Shown: positions 8,244-18,401, counted from the stretch's first letter. The stretch is DNA of 32,000 nt from Vibrio vulnificus CMCP6 (GCF_000039765.1 NC_004459.3:2271127-2303126), one strand, 5' to 3'. A program made the numbers and translations. The notes: a model not told the origin generated them from the letters alone.

Positions 8244-9951
8244 TTCTTTGCATCTCAATCGCAAACTCCAACGCGCCATCGCCTCAAGAAAAGAAGCGGA
8301 AAGGCTGTTGGAAGAAAAAAGCTTGGAGCTTTACCAATCCAATCAACAACTCAAACTGGCGTTGAAGCAGTTAGAGTTAAAATCGGAACAACAGCTTTTC
8401 AAGTTTGAGTTTGAGCAGCAAATTGATGACACCTTAATCACGTTTGGTCGAGTCTTCATTGTCGATGGTATCGACGACTTACTATTGGCCAATCTATTGG
8501 AGCGTCTTTCTCGTGCGTCAGTGATTCGTCAAGCGTGGTTGAAGCTGGATAAGCCCATCCTAACTACGCTAAAAAGCCTTGAATATGGGCTGAAGCCGAC
8601 GGGGTTTCTCTATCGAGCTGACGATACCCGAACGCGTGCTGAGTGGTTTGGCGACGCGCTTTGCATTCCCATTATTTTAGAAAGTGAACATGTTGGCAGC
8701 ATGGTTTTCACCATTGATCACTTCGATATCGATCTCGATTTTATTTCCAACCAGCTTTGCCTGATCGCTGATTTGGTCAGCAATGCACTCAATCGTCAGC
8801 TCTGGATGGAGCGAGAAACGGAGCTACGCAAGCGAGCAGAAGAGTCAGAGAAAGCGACCAAAGAGTTCGTCGCGATGATCAATCATGAGCTACGCACCCC
8901 GTTAAATGGTGTTTTAGGCAGCGCAGAACTGCTGGGTAACACCTACCTCAATGATGAGCAGCAACTCTATTTAAGAAATCTACGTCAGGGGGGAGAGCTG
9001 CTGCGAGTCATCATCAATGATCTGCTCGATTTCAGCAAAATGAATGCTGGCATGATGGAAATTGTGCCGAAAGTGTTTCGTTGGCGAGAGGTAGAGGAGT
9101 CCATCGTAGGGATATTTGCCGCCAAAGCGAGTGAGAAACAGATTGGCTTTCACATTGAGAAACAGTTTGGCATGCCTAGCTGCGTATGCGGAGATGTTGA
9201 GCGAATCAAACAAATTTTGGTGAACTTGATTGGCAACGCGATCAAGTTTACTCAACATGGGGCCGTTACGTTTCGTACTCATTGGCAAGACGATGTGTTG
9301 TCAGTGGAAATAGAAGATACTGGGATTGGCATCGCCGAGCAGGCTAAAAGCACCTTATTTGACCCTTTTGTCCAGGCAGACCGCAGTAGCAAGCGTAACT
9401 ATGAAGGGTCAGGTTTGGGGTTGGCGATATGCCAAAACCTCTGCCATTTGATGGGAGGAGAGATTGGTTTTCGTAGCGAGTTAGGTCAAGGTTCCTGCTT
9501 CCATTTTGCCATTCCACTGCCAGCAAGTGATGAGCCGTTGCTTGAACCACACACTGAACAGGTTGAGCGTCATCAGTTGGATTGGGTTGCACTGAAAGTA
9601 CTGGTAGTGGATGACATACGCATGAATCAGGTCATCATCAATCAAATGTTGAAAAAGCTACAAGTCACACCGGACGTGAGAAACAACGGTGTGGAGGCGC
9701 TTCAGGCGGTCAGTCAGCAAGATTATGATTTTATATTCATGGATTGTCGCATGCCGGAAATGGATGGTTATGAGGCGACCCACTATTTACGAGAGCAGGG
9801 GCTGGCGATTCCCATTGTGGCACTGACTGCCGGCACGACATTGGAGGAGCGGGAAAAGTGCTTAGTGAGTGGCATGAACGACATTTTGACCAAGCCCTAT
9901 ACCGCAGACGATGTGGAACGGATCATGCTGAAGTGGCTAGTGAGCGGATAA
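8236..9951 (+). CDS. H-NOX-associated hybrid histidine kinase (HisKA-HATPase-REC)
   Basis: Overlaps the H-NOX stop by 8 bp. FVAMINHELRTPLNGVLG H-box, LVNLIGNAIKFT N-box, DTGIGI, GSGLGLAICQNL; C-terminal receiver VLVVDDIRMNQ...FIFMDCRMPEMDG...IVALTAG...ILTKPY. Confidence 0.92.
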   Translation: MDDSLHLNRKLQRAIASRKEAERLLEEKSLELYQSNQQLKLALKQLELKSEQQLFKFEFEQQIDDTLITFGRVFIVDGIDDLLLANLLERLSRASVIRQAWLKLDKPILTTLKSLEYGLKPTGFLYRADDTRTRAEWFGDALCIPIILESEHVGSMVFTIDHFDIDLDFISNQLCLIADLVSNALNRQLWMERETELRKRAEESEKATKEFVAMINHELRTPLNGVLGSAELLGNTYLNDEQQLYLRNLRQGGELLRVIINDLLDFSKMNAGMMEIVPKVFRWREVEESIVGIFAAKASEKQIGFHIEKQFGMPSCVCGDVERIKQILVNLIGNAIKFTQHGAVTFRTHWQDDVLSVEIEDTGIGIAEQAKSTLFDPFVQADRSSKRNYEGSGLGLAICQNLCHLMGGEIGFRSELGQGSCFHFAIPLPASDEPLLEPHTEQVERHQLDWVALKVLVVDDIRMNQVIINQMLKKLQVTPDVRNNGVEALQAVSQQDYDFIFMDCRMPEMDGYEATHYLREQGLAIPIVALTAGTTLEEREKCLVSGMNDILTKPYTADDVERIMLKWLVSG

Positions 9952-10027
9952 GCAATAGCGGAATGCGCAATAAAGGAAAGGGCAGTAAAGGAAAGCGTGA
10001 GAAAGACGCAAAGAATTTAATAAAGAA

Positions 10028-10058
10028 GAGAGAAGGCGTACCGTTCTCTCTCTTTTTA
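10028..10058 (+). terminator. Rho-independent terminator downstream of the H-NOX/kinase operon
   Basis: GAGAGAAGG-CGTA-CCGTTCTCTC stem-loop (slightly imperfect) followed by TCTTTTTATT. Confidence 0.7.
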
Positions 10059-10181
10059 TTGGCTGAAATTGCAATGCTCAATTTTTCGAACAAAGCGACT
10101 CAACACAAAGCGGTTGTGAACAACACTATTCAGAATAAAAGGGCGACTTAGCGCTAGTCGGCCAATGTGCTGTGACGGTGA

Positions 10182-11582
10182 TTATTGCAATGTTGGTAGA
10201 ATTTTCGACAGTTTATCTAACGTCTCTTGATATTCCGCATCGCATTGACTGTCAGCCACTACACCGCCCCCAGCCCAAGCGAACAACTTACCTTGCTCCG
10301 CCACTAAGGTACGAATTGTAATGCTGGTATCCATGCGACCATGGCGACTGATGTAACCGATACTACCGCAATAGGCTGAGCGTCGATGAGGCTCAAGCTC
10401 TTCAATGATTTCCATTGCGCGCACTTTCGGCGCGCCGGTAATCGAGCCTCCCGGGAAACACGCTCGCAGTAAGTCAGCGGCAGTATACTGCGCTGCCAAC
10501 TCAGCTCGAATCGTGCTGACTAAGTGATGCACGGCGGGAAAGCTTTCGATGTCAAACAGTTTAGGAACATGCACGCTGCCCGGTTTGGCGACACGGCCAA
10601 TATCGTTGCGCAGCAGATCGACGATCATCAGATTTTCCGCTTGATCTTTTTCGGCATTGGCAAGCTCAAGTGCCGCCTGTTTGTCCTGTTGTTCATCATT
10701 ATGACGAGGACGAGTTCCTTTGATCGGCTTGGTTTCAATGACACGTTTTTTGAGCTCGAGAAAACGCTCCGGCGACACACTTAAAATCGCCGCGTCCTTC
10801 AAACGAATGAAAGCAGAAAATGGTGCTTGGTTGCTCTGCTCTAGCTTCTGGTAAGCTTGCCATTCGCTGCCTTGGTAATTGGCATGAAAGCGCTGCGCTA
10901 AGTTAATTTGGTAGCAGTCACCACTGAGCAAGTACTCCTGTACGCAATCGAACTTACTTTGGTAATCACGACGATTCATGTTGGATTGCCAATCACTGGT
11001 CAGGGCAAACGTCGCATCATCCGCTTTTGTTTGCGTGCTTAGCCATTGATAAGCTTGTTCTACGTCTTGGCCAACCAGTTGCGCGGTCTGCGTCTGATGA
11101 TCGACAATCAACGCCCATGTGTAGATGCCCACTGCCATGTCGGGCGCAGCGATATCTTGTGTTGCAATCTCAGGCAGTTTTTCAACGCAACGACCTAAAT
11201 CGTAGCTAAAGTAACCCAGAGCGCCACCAATAAAAGGAATCTCTTCATCACTGGATAGAGCAGGGGTAAAACGCTGTTGATAACGCGCAAGAAGCGTGAA
11301 AGGATCATCTTTACTTTCAATGACTTCGTCATTGGTGTTGATCTCAGTCACCGCACCACGTGTTTCTAATGTCGCAACGGGCTTTGCGACGAGAATGTCA
11401 AAACGGCTGTCAACATGTGTTGGTGATGCCGAACGCAACAGCATTGCCCAAGGTTGATGTTGGATGGTGTCAAACCACTGTTGGGAAAGGTCCGTTTGAT
11501 AAGGCAGTGTTTTTGAAGAAATGGCCGTATTTATGCTGTTATTCATTTGTTTAATTTGTGACAAAGAGTTCGATTGCTGCAT
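10182..11582 (-). CDS. pabB: Aminodeoxychorismate synthase component I
   Basis: PIKGTRPRHNDEQQDKQA, NLMIVDLLRNDIGRV, ACFPGGSITGAPKVRAMEIIEELEPHRRSAYCGSIGYI, FAWAGGGVVADSQCDAEYQET: chorismate-binding enzyme motifs. PabB rather than TrpE/anthranilate synthase is inferred from the overall style. Confidence 0.88.
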   Translation of the reverse strand: MQQSNSLSQIKQMNNSINTAISSKTLPYQTDLSQQWFDTIQHQPWAMLLRSASPTHVDSRFDILVAKPVATLETRGAVTEINTNDEVIESKDDPFTLLARYQQRFTPALSSDEEIPFIGGALGYFSYDLGRCVEKLPEIATQDIAAPDMAVGIYTWALIVDHQTQTAQLVGQDVEQAYQWLSTQTKADDATFALTSDWQSNMNRRDYQSKFDCVQEYLLSGDCYQINLAQRFHANYQGSEWQAYQKLEQSNQAPFSAFIRLKDAAILSVSPERFLELKKRVIETKPIKGTRPRHNDEQQDKQAALELANAEKDQAENLMIVDLLRNDIGRVAKPGSVHVPKLFDIESFPAVHHLVSTIRAELAAQYTAADLLRACFPGGSITGAPKVRAMEIIEELEPHRRSAYCGSIGYISRHGRMDTSITIRTLVAEQGKLFAWAGGGVVADSQCDAEYQETLDKLSKILPTLQ

Positions 11583-11742
11583 AGCGCGTGATGGAAAGCA
11601 AGAGTATCATAAAACGAAACAATTTCGCTTACTTAGTTCAGTCGGGAACTCATAAAAAATCGGATGGATTCTTTCGATCACTAGCTCAACAATCGATACA
11701 ACTAAGTAAGTTTATGGAAGCATAACTATAACGAGGCATGCA

Positions 11743-13266
11743 ATGACTGTAATTCGCACGCAAGATGTCATCAGCAGCGTAGCTGATGCACTTCAGTACA
11801 TCTCTTACTACCACCCACTCGATTTTGTTCAAGCCCTAGAAAAAGCCTACCATCGTGAGCAGAGCCAAGCGGCCAAAGATGCCATTGCGCAGATTTTGAT
11901 CAACTCGCGTATGTCGGCGGAAGGGCATCGCCCAATTTGCCAAGATACCGGTATCGTGACGTGTTTTGTCAATATCGGTATGGGCGTTCAGTGGGACTCA
12001 ACGGATCTCACCGTACAACAGATGATTGACGAAGGCGTGCGTCAGGCTTATACCAATCCTGACAACCCATTGCGTGCGTCGGTATTGATGGACCCTGCAG
12101 GTAAACGTATTAACACCAAAGACAATACACCTGCGGTTGTTCACATCAATATGGTGCCGGGCAATACCGTCGAAATTCAGATCGCGGCAAAAGGCGGCGG
12201 CTCTGAAAACAAAACCAAGATGGTGATGCTCAACCCTTCAGACGATATTGCTGAGTGGGTAGAAAAAACATTGCCTTTGATGGGCGCGGGCTGGTGTCCT
12301 CCGGGCATGCTGGGCATTGGCATTGGCGGCACAGCAGAAAAAGCGGCGGTACTGGCTAAAGAGTCGTTGATGGAGCACATCGACATCCACGAACTGATTG
12401 AACGTGGCCCGCAAAATGCGGAAGAAGAGCTGCGTTTGGACATCTTCAATCGTGTTAACCGTTTAGGTATTGGTGCTCAAGGGCTCGGTGGGGTGACAAC
12501 GGTGGTGGATGTGAAAATCAAAACCGCCCCTACGCACGCAGCGTCCAAGCCAGTGTGTATGATCCCGAACTGTGCGGCAACTCGTCACGTTCATTTCACA
12601 CTTGACGGCTCTGGCCCAGCAGAACTGACGCCACCGAAGCTAGAAGATTGGCCAAACATCACTTGGGATGCGGGTGCAAGCGCGCGCCGTGTTAACCTCG
12701 ATACCGTGACAAAAGAAGACGTTCAGCAATGGAAAACCGGTGAGACACTCTTGCTTTCAGGTAAGATTTTGACCGGTCGAGATGCAGCGCATAAACGCAT
12801 TCAAACCATGTTGCAAAATGGCGAAGGCCTACCTGAAGGCGTTGACCTTAAAGGGAAGTTTATCTACTACGTTGGCCCTGTGGATGCAGTGGGTGACGAA
12901 GTGGTTGGCCCAGCAGGCCCAACCACATCAACACGTATGGATAAGTTCACCGACATGATGCTGGATGAAACGGGCATTATGGGCATGATCGGTAAAGCGG
13001 AGCGTGGCCCAGCCACTGTTGAGTCAATCAAGAACCATAAAGCGGTGTATCTGATGGCGGTCGGTGGTGCGGCGTACTTGGTAGCGAAAGCCATCAAGAA
13101 AGCGCGTGTTGTTGCTTTTGAAGATCTCGGTATGGAAGCGATTTACGAATTTGAAGTCGAAGATATGCCAGTGACGGTCGCGGTGGATTCGACTGGTGCC
13201 AACGCGCACCAAATTGGTCCTGATACTTGGAAAGTTAAAATCCAAGAAATGGAATCACAAAAATAA
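11743..13266 (+). CDS. fumA: Class I (iron-sulfur) fumarate hydratase
   Basis: ICQDTGIVTCFV, GAGWCPPGMLGIGIGGTAEKA, MIPNCAATRHVHF (candidate [4Fe-4S] cysteines), C-terminal GPTTSTRMDKFTDMMLDETGIMGMIGKAERG, GGAAYLVAKAIKKA. Confidence 0.9.
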   Translation: MTVIRTQDVISSVADALQYISYYHPLDFVQALEKAYHREQSQAAKDAIAQILINSRMSAEGHRPICQDTGIVTCFVNIGMGVQWDSTDLTVQQMIDEGVRQAYTNPDNPLRASVLMDPAGKRINTKDNTPAVVHINMVPGNTVEIQIAAKGGGSENKTKMVMLNPSDDIAEWVEKTLPLMGAGWCPPGMLGIGIGGTAEKAAVLAKESLMEHIDIHELIERGPQNAEEELRLDIFNRVNRLGIGAQGLGGVTTVVDVKIKTAPTHAASKPVCMIPNCAATRHVHFTLDGSGPAELTPPKLEDWPNITWDAGASARRVNLDTVTKEDVQQWKTGETLLLSGKILTGRDAAHKRIQTMLQNGEGLPEGVDLKGKFIYYVGPVDAVGDEVVGPAGPTTSTRMDKFTDMMLDETGIMGMIGKAERGPATVESIKNHKAVYLMAVGGAAYLVAKAIKKARVVAFEDLGMEAIYEFEVEDMPVTVAVDSTGANAHQIGPDTWKVKIQEMESQK

Positions 13267-13308
13267 GAATGTGACAAAGTGCTGATTTAGTTAGCAAACA
13301 TTTGACAT

Positions 13309-13338
13309 AAGTGCAGCGAAAGCTGCACTTTGTTTTTG
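13309..13338 (+). terminator. Rho-independent terminator of fumA
   Basis: AAGTGCAGC-GAAA-GCTGCACTT followed by TGTTTTTG: 9-bp perfect stem with GAAA loop. Confidence 0.88.
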
Positions 13339-13412
13339 TATAATACCAACCAGTTCCATATCATCTGGTCGTTTGCTCAACACTCACTACTCAAAGCAAA
13401 AAGGAGTGCTCA

Positions 13413-13598
13413 ATGCCTCGCTTTATTCAAATATTACAAATTATTCTCGCTGTGGTTGTCGGTAGTTTTGTCGGTTATGACTTGATCCTGCACGGCATTA
13501 GCATTTTTGATGAGAAATACGTCACCATCACTTGCGTATTGTGGCTCATTCTGGAAATCGCTCTGTTTGTTATCTACAAACTGATTGAGGACGATTAA
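13413..13598 (+). CDS. Small (61 aa) predicted inner-membrane protein with two hydrophobic segments
   Basis: MPRFIQILQIILAVVVGSFVGYDLIL...YVTITCVLWLILEIALFVIYKLIEDD; AAAAGGAG RBS-like sequence directly upstream (about 13398-13406) and its own downstream terminator. Confidence 0.65.
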   Translation: MPRFIQILQIILAVVVGSFVGYDLILHGISIFDEKYVTITCVLWLILEIALFVIYKLIEDD

Positions 13599-13626
13599 TC
13601 TCGGCATCCCTCGCGTTCTTATACTA

Positions 13627-13654
13627 AGCCTCTGATTTATATCAGGGGCTTTTT
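13627..13654 (+). terminator. Terminator downstream of the 61-aa membrane protein gene
   Basis: AGCCTCTGA-TTTATA-TCAGGGGCT followed by TTTTG; one G:U pair. Confidence 0.75.
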
Positions 13655-13794
13655 GTTCATCTGCGATTAATATTAGTAGAGTTATGGTTCGCCCCACGCT
13701 AAAGAAGAAAATGAGATGCGCCGAGAAATCCCTTTGATTGTTGGTGCACTTTGGCGCACAGTGAATGGTGTTGTTTGACAGTAAGAGAAGGGCT

Positions 13795-15171
13795 ATGAAG
13801 AAGATTACCCGAGAAGTGAATGATTTTATCCACCGCAGTATGGATTCCCACGTTCGTGTGGCGGTAACGGGGCTCTCCCGAGCCGGAAAGACCGCGTTCA
13901 TCACTTCGCTTGTCAACCAACTCCTCCATACTTCAACGCACGACAATATGCCCCTACTGAGCAGTGCGAGAGATAAACGCCTCGTTGGAGCGAAGCGAGA
14001 GCCGCAAAGTAACATGATGGTGCCAAGATTCGCTTACGATGAAGCGATGGACCAGCTTTGCAATGTGCCGCCTATGTGGCCTGAACCGACGCGAGATGTC
14101 AGTGAAATCCGCCTTGCCATTAAGTATCGACCAAAGAAAAAAACCAAGAAATTACTGGGCCAAACCGCGATCTTGCATCTGGATATCATCGATTATCCGG
14201 GGGAGTGGCTGTTGGACTTACCTTTGTTGGAGCTCGATTTTGCCACTTGGAGTCAGACGCAGTTTGATGCACTAAAAGGCGAGCGTTTGAATTTGGCGAG
14301 TGAATGGCTCAGTCAACTCGACAGTTTAGATCTCAATGCGGAACTGAATGAAAAGCAGCTGCAAAGTGTCTCTCAGGCATACACTGACTATTTGCACCGT
14401 TGTAAAGAAAAGGGTTTGCATTGGGTGCAGCCGGGACGATTTGTTTTACCGGGTGAGCTTGCTGGTGCGCCAGTGCTGCAATTTTTCCCTTGCCGCTTTG
14501 ATGACATGGATAAAACCGGCAAACACAGCAATTTGGCGATGTTGAAAAAACGCTATCAGGAATATCAACAAAAAGTGGTGAAAGCATTTTACAAGCATCA
14601 CTTTTCAACCTTCGATCGCCAAATAGTGTTGGTCGATTGTTTGCAGCCACTCAATGCTGGCCGTGAGTCGTTCTATGATATGCGTGATGCCTTAGAGCAA
14701 ATTATGCACAGCTTTCGTTATGGGCGCTCAGGACTGCTTAAGCGTCTGTTTGCACCCAAAATAGACAAAGTACTGTTTGCCGCTACCAAAGCGGATCACG
14801 TGACGCCTGAGCAGCATCCTAATTTGGTTGCCTTGCTGCAACAGATGATTCACCCCGCATGGCAAACCGCAGCATACGAAAATATCGAAATGGGTTGTTT
14901 GTCGATGGCGTCGGTACAAGCGACTCAGGCCGGTTTTATTGCCAATGGTGATAAGAGCACACCGGCCATTCAGGGGATGACGTTAGAAGGGCAAGCGTTA
15001 ACCCTCTTTCCTGGCGAAGTGCCTCGCAAGGTACCCGATGAGCACTATTGGCAAGCGCGAGGGTTTGAATTTACCGCTTTTAGGCCAATGCAAGGCAAAC
15101 GTGAAGAGCCTTTACCGCATATTCGAGTTGATAAAGCCCTAGAGTTTTTATTGGGAGATAAGTTGCTATGA
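13795..15171 (+). CDS. ycjX: YcjX family (DUF463) P-loop GTPase-like protein
   Basis: ORF 13765..15171; preferred ATG at 13795. [27 protein letters not shown]-loop, [32 protein letters not shown]. Confidence 0.9.
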
Positions 15172-16193
15172 GCGATCTAAAACCAAAACAAGTGTTTGAA
15201 GAGACGATTTTCTCTCAGCAAGACAAACCAGAGCTCACTGCGCAGCAGCAATTTGATCAGCAGCAGACGTTCATTCCAACCACGATTGAAGAGACTGAAC
15301 CTGAACTTGAAGACGCTTTGGAGCAGGTGATACGTCCATCAGGCCGTCGCAAGTGGTTAGCGGGAGGGCTGTTTGCTGCTTTCGCAGGATTGGTGGGTTG
15401 GCAAGCCGTTGATAGCGTACTCAGTGCGATGCAAAATGGCGATTGGCTTACGCTCGGCTGGTCTGGGTTTATTTCCGTGCTTGCCGGCTTGGGGCTTGGG
15501 GCCATGGGCAAAGAACTGTGGAAGCTGCGCCAATTGAGACACCTATTTTCCGTGCAGGAGCAAGGGGAAAAATTGTTGCAAAGTGACAGTGTTGGGCAAG
15601 GCAAAGCGTTTTGCCAGCAAGTGGCGAAACAAAGTGGCGTTGCAGAAGAGAATCCTGCTTATGACCGCTGGAAAAACAGCGTCAATACCGCACACAGTGA
15701 TGCAGAAATCTTGCAGATGTACGATGCGATGGTCGTGACTCAACAAGACAAACAAGCAACCAAGGTGATCTCGCGCTTTGCGACAGAGTCTGCGGCTCTG
15801 GTGGCTATTAGCCCACTCGCCATCGCGGACATGCTGCTGGTGGCTTGGCGTAACTTCAAGATGATTGACACGCTCTCAACGATCTATGGTATCGAGCTTG
15901 GCTACGCCTCTCGCATTCGTTTGCTGCGTCTGGTGTTGGCAAACATGGCGGTGGCGGGCGCCAGCGAGCTGGTGATTGATGCGGGTATGGATTTGATGTC
16001 GATGGATCTCGCTGGCAAGCTTTCCGCCAGAGCAGGGCAAGGGGTTGGTGTGGGGATTTTGACTGCGAGACTGGGTTTGAAAGCGATGGCATTGCTAAGG
16101 CCGATTCCTTGGCAAGCCGAAACACAGGTTAAGTTATCAGCAATTCGCAAAGAAATTGTGTCGAAAGTCGCTTCTATCACGCTAAAACCATAG
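15168..16193 (+). CDS. ycjF: YcjF family (DUF697) inner-membrane protein
   Basis: ATGA overlap with ycjX; [84 protein letters not shown]. Confidence 0.88.
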
Positions 16194-16279
16194 AGTTTCA
16201 GCGGGCGCATCTTGACGCTAACGCGGGCATAGTAGAAACTACTGTCAACTTTTCGTGACAGTGTGAATTAGGATTTTCC

Positions 16280-17824
16280 GTGCGCCTAGAAGTCTTTTGC
16301 GAAGACAGACTCGGCTTAACCCGAGAGCTGCTCGATATATTAGCCTCCAAAAATATCGATTTACGAGGTATCGAAATTGATATCAGTGGCATCATTTATC
16401 TCAATTGCCCTGATATAGACTTTGATACCTTCAGTCTACTGATGGCAGAAATTCGTCGAATCTCTGGCGTGAAAGACGTGCGTAAAATCCAATTTATGCC
16501 GATGGAACGCCATAACACCGAGTTGATTTCACTCGTCAACAACTTGCCCGATCCCGTCTTGGCAATAGACCTAAAGGGCGCGGTGGACATGGCGAACCGA
16601 GCAGCGTTGGCGCTGATTGGTAAAACTGAAAAAGAGGTGATTGGTGCGCCGATAGCCGCGCTCCTACCCAGTTTGAAGTTTAGTCGTTGGTCAGAAGGCG
16701 AACAGCACCGCCAGCGAGAAAGCATGGTGATCGATGGCCTCGATTATCTACTTGAGTTCATGCCCGTCTATATCCAAGATGAATCCAAACAATCCACCTT
16801 TGCCAGTACGGTTGTAATGGTGCGCGGTGCTAAAGCGAATTCGGTGGATAGTCATCAACTCTCCCCGCACAGTGAACTGGGTTTTGAGCATTTTGTTGGC
16901 GTTTCCAATCGTCATAAAGCCCTCATTGGTCAAGCTAAAAAACTGGCTTTACTCGATCAGCCTTTGCTTATTGAAGGGGAAACAGGAACGGGTAAGGAGA
17001 TGCTGGCGAAAGCGTGTCACAACCGTTCTCATCGCGCGGGCAAGCCCTTTTTGGTGCTGAGTTGTGCATCCATGCCCGATGATGTGGCCGAAACCGAGTT
17101 GTTTGGTCATGCCCCGGGTTCTTTTAATCATCAGCAAGGCCACAAAGGCATTTTCGAGCAGGCTAATGGCGGCACCGTTTTCCTCGATGAGATCGGTGAA
17201 ATGAGCCCCCATTTGCAGATTAAGCTGCTGCGTTTCTTGCAGGATGGCAATTTCCGCCGCGTTGGCGCAGAAGAAGAGATGCACGTCGATGTGAGAATCA
17301 TCGCATCCACCAAACACAATTTGGCTGCGTTAGCTGAAGCGGGATCGTTTCGTGAAGATCTTTTCTACCGACTCAATGTGTTGACCTTGTCGATCCCATC
17401 TTTGCGTTCTCGCTCCAGTGATATTGGCCCTCTGCTGGATCTTTTTGTTGCCAAGCATTGCCAAAAATTGGCGATTAGAAAGCCAGAATACGAAGCGAAA
17501 CTGATGGACGAGCTCACTGCCTATCAATGGCCGGGTAACATGCGCCAACTGGACAACATGGTGTTGCGTGCGCTTACCGAGATGGATGACGATGTATTGA
17601 AAGCAGAGCATTTCCATTTGCCACAACCGGCTGCGGTAGCCACTTCTAACGCCCAAGTGAAGCTGGACGGTTCACTCGATGAGATCATGCGAGATTACGA
17701 ATCGCAAGTATTGGAACGTTTGTATCAATCTTTCCCATCCAGCCGTAAGTTAGCGAAGCGCTTGAATGTCTCACACACCTCGATAGCCAATAAGCTAAGA
17801 GACTACGGAATTAAGAAACACTGA
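16280..17824 (+). CDS. tyrR: Aromatic amino acid transcriptional regulator TyrR (ACT-PAS-AAA+-HTH)
   Basis: MRLEVFCEDRLGLTRELLDILASKNIDLRGIEID N-terminal ACT, IEGETGTGKEMLAKACH, GGTVFLDEIGEMSPHLQIKLLRFLQDG, C-terminal LAKRLNVSHTSIANKLRDYGI HTH. Confidence 0.95.
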   Translation: MRLEVFCEDRLGLTRELLDILASKNIDLRGIEIDISGIIYLNCPDIDFDTFSLLMAEIRRISGVKDVRKIQFMPMERHNTELISLVNNLPDPVLAIDLKGAVDMANRAALALIGKTEKEVIGAPIAALLPSLKFSRWSEGEQHRQRESMVIDGLDYLLEFMPVYIQDESKQSTFASTVVMVRGAKANSVDSHQLSPHSELGFEHFVGVSNRHKALIGQAKKLALLDQPLLIEGETGTGKEMLAKACHNRSHRAGKPFLVLSCASMPDDVAETELFGHAPGSFNHQQGHKGIFEQANGGTVFLDEIGEMSPHLQIKLLRFLQDGNFRRVGAEEEMHVDVRIIASTKHNLAALAEAGSFREDLFYRLNVLTLSIPSLRSRSSDIGPLLDLFVAKHCQKLAIRKPEYEAKLMDELTAYQWPGNMRQLDNMVLRALTEMDDDVLKAEHFHLPQPAAVATSNAQVKLDGSLDEIMRDYESQVLERLYQSFPSSRKLAKRLNVSHTSIANKLRDYGIKKH

Positions 17825-17825
17825 T

Positions 17826-18401
17826 ATGGGTGCTGATCAACATTTCATTTATCAAGTTGACGAAGGATTGGTGCTAAGAACCGTTAATGTGAGCGATGCC
17901 GCGATGGTTTCTCAGTACTTTCAACGCAATCAAACCTTTTTGAAACCGTGGGAGCCGACACGTGAAGCGTCGTTTTTCACCGAAGCGGGTTGGGCGCAAA
18001 AACTGATCAAGCTCCATGAGCTACATCGAATGAAACTAGGCTTTTACTGCGTTTTGATTGAAGAGCAAACGAATGAGATGGTTGGGACCATCTCATTTAG
18101 CAATTTGTCGAAGTTTCCTTTTTACGCCTGCAATGTGGGGTATTCGTTAGCTGAAGAGGCTCAAGGAAAAGGGTACATGCGCCGCGGATTAAAAATGGCG
18201 TGTGACTATATGTTTGAGCAGCTAAACTTGCACCGTATTCAAGCCGCGTATATGCCGCATAATCACCGCAGTGCTGGTGTGCTAGAGCATCTCGGTTTTT
18301 GCAAAGAGGGCTTTGCGCATTCCTATCTTTTGATTGATGGGCAGTGGCAAGACCACGTCTTGACCTCCTTAATCAACCCTAACTGGCGAGTTGAAAAGTA
18401 A
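17826..18401 (+). CDS. rimJ: RimJ/RimL-type N-acetyltransferase
   Basis: LRTVNVSDAAMVSQYFQRNQTFLKPWEP, FYACNVGYSLAEEAQGKGYMRRGLKMACDYMFEQLNLHRIQAAYMPHNHRSAGVLEHLGFCKEGFAHSYLLIDGQWQDHVL. Confidence 0.8.
   Translation: MGADQHFIYQVDEGLVLRTVNVSDAAMVSQYFQRNQTFLKPWEPTREASFFTEAGWAQKLIKLHELHRMKLGFYCVLIEEQTNEMVGTISFSNLSKFPFYACNVGYSLAEEAQGKGYMRRGLKMACDYMFEQLNLHRIQAAYMPHNHRSAGVLEHLGFCKEGFAHSYLLIDGQWQDHVLTSLINPNWRVEK

Noticed and set aside
9976-10005. Tandem TAAAGGAAAG motif after the hybrid kinase
   Set aside because: Only two short copies in a purine-rich spacer. Not enough for a repeat element or regulatory claim.
9858-10151. 97-aa ORF overlapping the kinase 3' end and terminator
   Set aside because: Runs through the terminator hairpin, Lys/Arg-rich in the G/A repeat-like spacer, and overlaps the well-supported kinase. 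Not credible.
12177-13245. Minus-strand ORFs (90, 76 and 73 aa) inside fumA
   Set aside because: Antisense shadows of a highly conserved gene. No start context or domain support.
13434-14015. 193-aa minus-strand ORF opposite the 61-aa protein gene and the ycjX 5' end
   Set aside because: It crosses two terminators and the ycjX start, has low-complexity unlikely protein content, and the opposite strand has a family-level match. Spurious shadow ORF.
14333-14650. Minus-strand 105-aa ORF in ycjX, and similar 60-115-aa ORFs in ycjF, tyrR, sdaA, the transporter and the kinase genes
   Set aside because: All are antisense or alternate-frame shadows of supported genes in a moderately GC-rich genome.
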